A stretch of 64,000 nucleotides of DNA from Candidatus Binataceae bacterium (GTDB taxonomy: Bacteria; Desulfobacterota; Binatia; Binatales; Binataceae). Numbering within the stretch: position 1 is the stretch's first letter; each line of letters begins with the position of its first letter. Both the position numbers and the translations under genes were made by a program. Under the pieces are notes generated by a model that saw only the letters and a list, made by a program, of their open reading frames with translations, had not been told where the DNA came from and did no database searches. The DNA lies in assembly GCA_035500095.1 (NCBI GenBank), contig DATJXN010000089.1, positions 370 through 64,369 of the forward strand, read 5' to 3'. This document shows, piece after piece, positions 52,734 through 64,000 of the stretch.

Positions 52734-54182
52734 CTATGGCCGTGTATTCGGGAACGATACCGCGAACGCCGCAGCATCGTCCACCGCCCGCACGTCGAGC
52801 AGGAAGGCGTCGTCCGCGATACGGCCGATGACGGGCGGACGGGCCGCGCGAAACATCGCGGCGATCCGCGCGGGCGAGAGCCCGGGATGAGTCACGCGGA
52901 CCGCGCGGGAGGGAATCTCTTCGGCCGGTTGCGCGCCCGACCCGATTTGCGAACTTGATACCACGACCTCGAGGCGGAAATCTCCACCGAGGCGCTCGGC
53001 CAGGATTTCACGCGCCCGCTCGGCGACCTGCTCGAGCTCGCCCGTCGAGCGGCTGAGATAGCGCAGCGTCGGCAACGCCGCGGCCAGATCGCCCGCGTGC
53101 AGGTATAGCCTGAGCGTCGCCTCCAGGGCGGCCAGCGTCAGCTTGTCGCAGCGAAGCGCGCGCCGAAGCGCGTTGGCGCGGAGCTTGTTGACTAGATCGC
53201 GCCGGCCCACCGCCGCTCCGGCCTGCGGCCCGCCGAGCAGCTTGTCGCCCGAAAACGTCACCAGCGCGGCGCCGGCCGCGATTCGCTCGGCCACCATCGG
53301 TTCACGTGGCAAGCCAAGCCGGCCGAGATCGAAAAGCGCGCCCGAGCCGAGGTCTTCGACCACGTCGATTCCGCGGCGCCGGCCGATTTCCACCAGTTCG
53401 GCGAGCCCGACCTCGGCGGTGAACCCGATAACCCGATAGTTGGAAGGATGAACCTTCAACAGCACCGCGGTGTCGGGTCCGATCGCGTTTTCGTAGTCGG
53501 CGGGATGGGTGCGATTGGTGGTGCCGACTTCGCGAAGCCGCGCGCCGCTGCGTTCCATCAGGTCGGGCAGCCTGAACGAGCCGCCGATTTCGATCAGCTC
53601 GCCCCGCGAGACAACGACCTCGCGTCCGGCGGCCAGCGAGTTGAGCGCAAGCAGAACCGCGGCGGCGTTGTTGTTGACCACGGTCGCGGCCTCGGCGCCG
53701 GTCAACGCGCATAGCTCGTCTTCGACCAGCGCGTCGCGCTCGCCGCGGCTCCCGCTCTCGAGCTCGTATTCCAGGTTGACCGCGGACCGCGCCGCCGCCG
53801 CCATCGCGTCGATCGCCGCCTCGGCCAGCAGCGCGCGGCCGAGATTGGTATGCAGCACGACGCCGGTCGCGTTGACCACGGCGCGCAGGACCGGTTCGTC
53901 GGCCTCGATCGCGGCGCGCGTGCGGCGGACTATCTCCTCGAGCATCGACTGGCGCAGAGGAAGAGCGGACGCGTCCGCCAACGACGGCGACACCGCCGCC
54001 TGCCGCAGTTCGGCCTGCGCCCGCCGCACCATCAGCTTGACGTACTCGCGCCCGAGCCCCTCGAATCCGGCGACGCCTTCCAGGGCACGCAGGCATTCGT
54101 CCACGGGCGGCATCGCGCGCAACAGCTCCGCGCGCGCCGGCGCGGTCCCCTTCTTCGCGTTTTTCACCTTTTGATTCTTCAC
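52734..54182 (-). CDS. selA: L-seryl-tRNA(Sec) selenium transferase
   Basis: C-terminal 483 aa of track ORF 52734..55343. Motifs: VVNATGVVLHTNLGRA, VVNNNAAAVLLAL, TFSGDKLLGGPQAG (PLP Lys). GTG 54182 (alternative 54167) lies just downstream of the MFS stop. Confidence 0.9.
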   Translation of the reverse strand: MKNQKVKNAKKGTAPARAELLRAMPPVDECLRALEGVAGFEGLGREYVKLMVRRAQAELRQAAVSPSLADASALPLRQSMLEEIVRRTRAAIEADEPVLRAVVNATGVVLHTNLGRALLAEAAIDAMAAAARSAVNLEYELESGSRGERDALVEDELCALTGAEAATVVNNNAAAVLLALNSLAAGREVVVSRGELIEIGGSFRLPDLMERSGARLREVGTTNRTHPADYENAIGPDTAVLLKVHPSNYRVIGFTAEVGLAELVEIGRRRGIDVVEDLGSGALFDLGRLGLPREPMVAERIAAGAALVTFSGDKLLGGPQAGAAVGRRDLVNKLRANALRRALRCDKLTLAALEATLRLYLHAGDLAAALPTLRYLSRSTGELEQVAERAREILAERLGGDFRLEVVVSSSQIGSGAQPAEEIPSRAVRVTHPGLSPARIAAMFRAARPPVIGRIADDAFLLDVRAVDDAAAFAVSFPNTRP

Positions 54183-54217
54183 CTGGCTGGGACTCTCTTC
54201 GGCCCCCTCGGCCGGAT

Positions 54218-55627
54218 TCAGGCAGCTCGATCGCGGGCGGCTTGAGCGTCGGCGATCACCGAGACTCTGGCGAGCAGGACGATCCCGCAAAGCAGAGTGA
54301 CCGCCGCCGCACCCGCGACCGCGATCTGCGGGCTTGCGCGCTCGCCGATATACCCGACCTCGAGGCTGCCAAGCGGCGCAAGTCCGATGAATGACAGCGT
54401 GTACATGCTCATCACGCGCCCGCGGAGCTCGTCCGAGACGAACAGCTGGAGCATCGTGTTGCTCGTCGCCATGTAGTTGAGCAATCCGGCGCCGATCGCC
54501 ATCTGCGAGAGCAGCGAGAGCCACATCGTGGAGGAAAAGCCGAACACGAACATTCCGGCCGCCGACCCCAACAGGCCGAAGATGAGATTCTGGCGCAGCC
54601 CGCGCGGAGTCCTGGATGAGGCCAGCACGACGCCGCCGAGCAGCGCGCCCACGCCCTGTGCGGCGAGCAAGAACCCGTAAGCGCGGGCGCTGCCGTGCAG
54701 GATGTCCCGCGCGAAGACCGGGATCAGCACCGAATACTGCATCCCGAGGCCCGCGCTGATCCCGATCAGCAGCAGCAGGTAGAAGCTCGCGCGGTGATGC
54801 CGGACGTAATGGAAGCCTTCGCGCAGGCGCTGGAAAATCGACGAACCGATCCGTGGCAGCTCGCGCGCCGCCAGCTCCATCTGGAGCAGGCACACGATGA
54901 CCGCGATGTAGCTCAGCCCGTTGAGGAGAAAACATCCTGCGATCCCGATCGCGCCGATCAGAACTCCCGCGATGGCAGGTCCGATCACGCGCGCCCCGTT
55001 GAAAACCATCGAGTTGATCGCGATCGCGTTGGGCAAATCCTCGCGCCCGACCATCTCGACCACGAAGGTCTGCCGCGCCGGCATGTCGAAGGCGGTCACC
55101 AGTCCGTTCAGCGCCGCCAGCACGACGACGTGCTCGACCCGCACCACGCCGGCCCACGTCAGCGCAGCGAGGACCAACGCGCTCAGCATCAGCAGAACCT
55201 GGGTGGTGACGATCAACCGGCGGCGGTCGGCATGGTCGACGATCACCCCGGCGAACAGCGCTACCAGCAGGACCGGCAGATAACCGGCGAAGCTGACCAC
55301 GCCGAGCATCAGGGCCGAGTTGGTGAGCTTCAGCACGAGCCATCCCTGCGCCACCGACTGCATCCAGGTGCCGATGAGCGAGATGAACTGACCGCCGAAA
55401 TAGAGCTGGAAATTGCGATGGCGCAGCGCGCGGAAAGCGCCGGACCGCGCGGGGGCGGATTCGGATTGGAGCGCCGCCGCGGCGGCGGGGTTGCTTCCGG
55501 AAGAGGTCTCGGCAGAGGTATCGATAGAAGCGCTCACTTGAGGGACGGAGTCAGTTTGGCAAAGTCCGGGGCGGCTGGCGAGCGTGGGGCAAGGCGCTCG
55601 AAAATAACCTGTTGCGGCGGGATTCAC
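54218..55627 (-). CDS. MFS transporter (EntS/MFS_3-like family)
   Basis: FRALRHRNFQLYFGGQFISLIGTWMQSVAQGWLVL, ADRRRL, 12-TM pattern. Start uncertain (GTG 55627 or GTG 55537). Confidence 0.8.
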   Translation of the reverse strand: MNPAATGYFRAPCPTLASRPGLCQTDSVPQVSASIDTSAETSSGSNPAAAAALQSESAPARSGAFRALRHRNFQLYFGGQFISLIGTWMQSVAQGWLVLKLTNSALMLGVVSFAGYLPVLLVALFAGVIVDHADRRRLIVTTQVLLMLSALVLAALTWAGVVRVEHVVVLAALNGLVTAFDMPARQTFVVEMVGREDLPNAIAINSMVFNGARVIGPAIAGVLIGAIGIAGCFLLNGLSYIAVIVCLLQMELAARELPRIGSSIFQRLREGFHYVRHHRASFYLLLLIGISAGLGMQYSVLIPVFARDILHGSARAYGFLLAAQGVGALLGGVVLASSRTPRGLRQNLIFGLLGSAAGMFVFGFSSTMWLSLLSQMAIGAGLLNYMATSNTMLQLFVSDELRGRVMSMYTLSFIGLAPLGSLEVGYIGERASPQIAVAGAAAVTLLCGIVLLARVSVIADAQAARDRAA

Positions 55628-55659
55628 GCCGTGCCGAGACGTGGTGTAAGATTAGGGGC

Positions 55660-56859
55660 ATGTTCGGCGAGCTGGTCCCCCGCAAAAAGAGCACGGCTCC
55701 GTTCATCTCGATCGAGGAGGCGCTCGAAGAAATTCGCCGCGGCCGCATGATCATCCTGATGGATGATGAGCAGCGCGAAAACGAGGGCGACCTCTGCATG
55801 GCCGCCGAGTTGGCCACCACCGAAGCGATCAATTTCATGGCCAAGCACGGCCGCGGCCTCATCTGCCTGCCGATGGCGCCCGAACGAATCGACCAGCTTG
55901 GCCTCAGCATGATGGTCGGCGACAACCAGGCTCCCCTCGGCACCGCCTTCACCGTGCCGATCACCGCGCGGCGCGCCAGCGGCTCCGGCATCTCGGCCCG
56001 CGATCGCGCGACCACCATCCTGCAAGCCGTGCGCGAGGATGCAACCGGTGCCGAGTTCGTCAGCCCCGGCTACGTCTATCCCTTGCGCGCGCGCGAGGGC
56101 GGCGTACTGGTGCGCTCCGGCCAGACCGAGGGCGGCGTCGACCTGGCGCGGCTGGCGGGGCTGAAGCCCGCCGGCGTCATCTGCGAAATCCTCAAGGAAG
56201 ACGGCACGATGGCGCGACGCGACGACCTGGTCGAATTCGCGCGCATCCACGGACTCAAAATCGTAACCGTCGCGGACATTATCGAATACCGCCTGCGCAA
56301 CGAAACGATGGTCCAGCGGATCGCCGAGGCGCGCCTGCCCACCCATTACGGCGAGTTCCGCGCCTGCGTCTATCGCAACCGGATCGATTCCACCGAGCAT
56401 CTGGTGCTGGTGATGGGAACGATCGATCCCGACCGCCCGGTGCGCGTGCGGGCGCATCGCGAGTACCTGCCCGGCGACGTCTTCGGCTATTCGCCGCGCA
56501 ACACGCGCAGCCTGCTGCAATCCGCGATGGAGCGAATCGCGTCGTTGGGCGAAGGCGTCATTCTCTACCTCAAACGCGAATCCGACGCGATCGCGAGCGA
56601 TATCGACAACGGCCGCGCCGGCGTCGGCGCGCGCCGCAACTGGCACCTCCCCCGCGCGAGCACCCATTTAAGCCCGCCCGAGGCCGACTTCCGCGACTAC
56701 GGAATCGGCGCACAGATCCTGCGCGACGTCGGCGTACGCAAGATGATTCTGCTCTCCGACCAGGCGCCGCGTCTCGCCAATCTGCCGGGCTACGGCCTCG
56801 AGATTATCGGCAGTGAAAGGCTCTCGCCTGCCGACGGCGAAGCGGTGCCCGGAGGTTGA
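55660..56859 (+). CDS. ribB: 3,4-dihydroxy-2-butanone-4-phosphate synthase fused to a degenerate GTP cyclohydrolase II-like domain (RibBX type)
   Basis: RibB part: MDDEQRENEGDLCMAAE, RSGQTEGGVDLARLAG. The C-terminal domain is collinear with RibA, but RVHSECLTGD..SLRCDCG is replaced by RAHREYLPGD..YSPRNTR. Confidence 0.85.
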   Translation: MFGELVPRKKSTAPFISIEEALEEIRRGRMIILMDDEQRENEGDLCMAAELATTEAINFMAKHGRGLICLPMAPERIDQLGLSMMVGDNQAPLGTAFTVPITARRASGSGISARDRATTILQAVREDATGAEFVSPGYVYPLRAREGGVLVRSGQTEGGVDLARLAGLKPAGVICEILKEDGTMARRDDLVEFARIHGLKIVTVADIIEYRLRNETMVQRIAEARLPTHYGEFRACVYRNRIDSTEHLVLVMGTIDPDRPVRVRAHREYLPGDVFGYSPRNTRSLLQSAMERIASLGEGVILYLKRESDAIASDIDNGRAGVGARRNWHLPRASTHLSPPEADFRDYGIGAQILRDVGVRKMILLSDQAPRLANLPGYGLEIIGSERLSPADGEAVPGG

Positions 56860-56927
56860 GCCGAGGCGCAACGGATGAAATCCGGGCGACGGAACCGCGC
56901 CGCAGATTTCGGAATTATTGCAACGTG

Positions 56928-58919
56928 ATGAGCCGATACTGGCGCCTGCAGCGCTTTTTCAGCAAAAAGACCAGCCCATCCAGCCCCGCGGGCTCGAACG
57001 TTTGGTCGCGCGGTGCATTGGCCGCCGCTGTTCTTGCAATTGCCGCGACGGCCGCGCTTTCGTCGCCGCGCCCGACAAAGGCAGAGGACTCGCAGAACCT
57101 GCCCAAGCCCTCGGAAGTCGTCAAAATCGAGAGCCTCAAACTCGAAAATCCGCTCAAACCCGGCGGTAGCAGCCGGCTCGAAGTCGAGGCTGAGGTTCTT
57201 TCCGGATGGCACATCAACTCCGACCATCCAACGTCGGCTGATTTCATCCGCACCACTCTTTCCGTTACTCCGCCCGCCGCGGTGAAGGCCGGCGCGGTCA
57301 CTTATCCGCCGGCCGAGGAGATCGCGCCCGCGTTCTCCGGCGGCGAGAAGCTTTCAGTCTTCAGCGGGACGATGAAATTCACCGCGCCGCTCAGCGCATC
57401 GACGGCCTTCAGACCGGATTCAAACGCCGAGGTCGCGGTAACGCTGGAATATCAGCCGTGCAATGACGCCATCTGCATGCCGCCGGCCAAGGTCAGCGCG
57501 AGCGCGCCGCTGGGCTCGATGCAACCGGCGGCTGCGGCGGCTCCGCCGCACGCCGCAATTCAGCGCGCCGGCCTGATCGCCGTCGCCTTCGGCGATGGCG
57601 GCGGCGATTCCTCCGGCGCTTCGTCCGGCGTCGGCGGGAGCAACGCGCCGGGCTCGGAGCTGGCGAACATTTTTCTCGCGCACGGGATATTGATCGGACT
57701 GCTCGCGGTGCTGCTCGGCGGACTCGCGCTGAATCTGACGCCGTGCGTTTATCCGCTGATCGGCGTGACGATCGCCTACTTCGGCAACCAGGGCGGCGGC
57801 CCGCGCAAAATCGCGGTGCTCGCGTGCATCTACGTGCTGGGGATAGCGCTTACGTTTTCGCTGGCCGGAGTCGCCGTGGCGCTGTCCGGAGGGCTGTTCG
57901 GCGCGGCCCTGCAAAATCCGCTCGTGCTGATCGCGATCGCGGCGATGCTGCTGGTGCTCGCGGCGTCGAGTTTCGGAATGTTCTCGCTCAAACCACCGCA
58001 GTGGCTGATGAAGCGTGCAGGGGCGGCGCGGCCCGGCTACCTCGGTTCATTGGTGATGGGCCTCGGGATGGGCGTGGTTGCGGCGCCGTGCATCGGGCCC
58101 ATCGTGCTTGGGCTTTTGCTGATGGTCGAACGGAGCGCGAGTCCGCTCTTCGGCTTCACGCTCTTCTTCACGCTGGCGATCGGGCTCGGGCTGCCCTATA
58201 TCGCGCTGGCACTTGCCGCCGGGCATATCAGGAGTCTGCCGCGCTCGGGCGAGTGGCTCGCATGGGTCGAGCAGTTCTTCGGCTTCGTGCTGGTCGGCCT
58301 CGCGCTCTACTTTCTCGACCCGGTGATGCGCGGGTGGCCGATGCGGCTGATGCCATACTACGTGGTCGCGGCCGGAATCTACCTCGGTTTCGTGACGCCG
58401 GCGGGGCGCCAATGGCGGCCCTTCCTCGTCTTCCGCAGCGTACTCGGCACGTTCTGCGCTGGCGCGCTGATCTGGATGCTGACACTCGCGCCCGCCAAGC
58501 CTGCCATGCAACTGGCGTTCGATCCGTATGACGCCTCGGTCCTCCAACAGGCGCTCGCGGCAAACAAGCCGGTGGTAATCGATTTCAGCGCCGATTGGTG
58601 CGTGCCGTGCCGCGAGATGGTGCGGACGACGTTCCGGGATCCGGCGGTCATCAAGGCGGCTTCGCACTTCGTGCGCCTTCAGGCCGACATTACGGACAGC
58701 AACAACCGCAACACCAAACTCGCGCTGCGATACGAGATAAAGGGCGTGCCCACCACGGTCTTCATCGACAAGCACGGGCGGATCCTCAAACGCGAGGTCG
58801 GTTATCTGAATTCCCGTCGTTTTCTGGCTGATTTGCGTGAAGTCGACGAAATGGACGGTCTGCCCGAGGTTCGTGCAATCCCTCCTTCTGGCTACGTGAG
58901 GCTCGCGGCTTCATCTTAG
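56928..58919 (+). CDS. dsbD: Protein-disulfide reductase DsbD family (N-terminal DsbD-alpha-like, CcdA-type TM core, C-terminal thioredoxin)
   Basis: Signal-like AAAVLAIAATAALS. Motifs: EYQPCNDAICMPP, TM Cys motifs LNLTPCVYPL and VAAPCIGP, thioredoxin DFSADWCVPCREM. Confidence 0.85.
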   Translation: MSRYWRLQRFFSKKTSPSSPAGSNVWSRGALAAAVLAIAATAALSSPRPTKAEDSQNLPKPSEVVKIESLKLENPLKPGGSSRLEVEAEVLSGWHINSDHPTSADFIRTTLSVTPPAAVKAGAVTYPPAEEIAPAFSGGEKLSVFSGTMKFTAPLSASTAFRPDSNAEVAVTLEYQPCNDAICMPPAKVSASAPLGSMQPAAAAAPPHAAIQRAGLIAVAFGDGGGDSSGASSGVGGSNAPGSELANIFLAHGILIGLLAVLLGGLALNLTPCVYPLIGVTIAYFGNQGGGPRKIAVLACIYVLGIALTFSLAGVAVALSGGLFGAALQNPLVLIAIAAMLLVLAASSFGMFSLKPPQWLMKRAGAARPGYLGSLVMGLGMGVVAAPCIGPIVLGLLLMVERSASPLFGFTLFFTLAIGLGLPYIALALAAGHIRSLPRSGEWLAWVEQFFGFVLVGLALYFLDPVMRGWPMRLMPYYVVAAGIYLGFVTPAGRQWRPFLVFRSVLGTFCAGALIWMLTLAPAKPAMQLAFDPYDASVLQQALAANKPVVIDFSADWCVPCREMVRTTFRDPAVIKAASHFVRLQADITDSNNRNTKLALRYEIKGVPTTVFIDKHGRILKREVGYLNSRRFLADLREVDEMDGLPEVRAIPPSGYVRLAASS

Positions 58920-59212
58920 GCATTTTTGGCGCGGATCATCGTTGTTTTGCAGAGCATCAGCATGCCCTGGCTGTCGCGCAAACAGAATTTTATTGAGGCT
59001 CTGTCACAAATTCGTAACATAGCCGTCATTCCACACCGCTCGGTTTCGCGATTTTGCGCATATTACCTAAGTTTTTAGTTTTTTGACACGATTTTCAAAC
59101 CATTGTTTGTTTTGGTGCCGGCAATCCGCGGGTTCACGCGCTCTTTTTCTTTACTTCGACCCCTCAGCGGACTAAACTCTCCTTGTTACAACACTTCATC
59201 GATACTTGATGA

Positions 59213-61726
<2,514 letters not shown>

Positions 61727-61803
61727 CGTCTGCTCCGAAGATTCCGGCGCAGCGCCGATCGCGCGCCGCATACGCAATGTCCTTCCGAGAGGCCTTCGAT
61801 TAA

Positions 61804-64000
<2,197 letters not shown>

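Noticed and set aside
55538-55659. Possible FMN (RFN) riboswitch upstream of ribB
   Set aside because: Only a short TCCGGGGCGG resemblance exists. The conserved GGUGAAAUUCC, CCGACAGU and GGAUG elements are absent, and the spacer (32-122 nt depending on the MFS start) is too short.

Overview
High-GC (about 65-70% by eye) bacterial chromosomal segment with Gram-negative-type envelope genes (LolC/E, DsbD, TonB_C/BON protein). Most of it is conserved housekeeping, called from recognisable motifs in the ORF-track translations. The main blocks are hemE-hemH-hemY-dinB, leuC and leuD, rluD, rho, rpsB-tsf-pyrH-frr-uppS-cdsA-rseP-tsaB, ilvN-ilvC-psd-pssA, leuA-leuB-usg-truA, HU, rarA, selA, ribBX, dsbD and gyrB-gyrA (gyrA runs off the right edge). 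The long Arg/His/Pro-rich ORFs in the track are antisense or out-of-frame shadows typical of GC-rich DNA and are not called. I recognised no rRNA, tRNA or CRISPR array. Five things stand out. (1) The operon ppx / two thymidylate-kinase-like paralogs / sixA (5386-9138) is the best candidate for an undescribed system. I read it as a non-canonical, probably heteromeric, polyphosphate kinase module. One paralog has Walker-A Lys replaced by Arg. A 289-nt stretch is open in two frames and built from 75-nt tandem repeats; it gives Ppx a polycationic tail. (2) An unlisted 29-codon Leu-rich leader ORF plus a strong intrinsic terminator lies directly upstream of leuA, which looks like classic attenuation. 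(3) A partial group II intron sits at the left edge. Its RT ORF is frameshifted, and its candidate 5' end abuts the Shine-Dalgarno of a macro-domain gene. (4) leuC and leuD are separated by a divergent pair of internally repetitive proteins of unknown function. (5) Several degenerate-enzyme paralogs are present: a USG-1/Asd-like protein without the catalytic Cys, and RibBX with a Cys-less GTP cyclohydrolase II domain. All alignments and identity estimates were made by eye; nothing was searched against databases.
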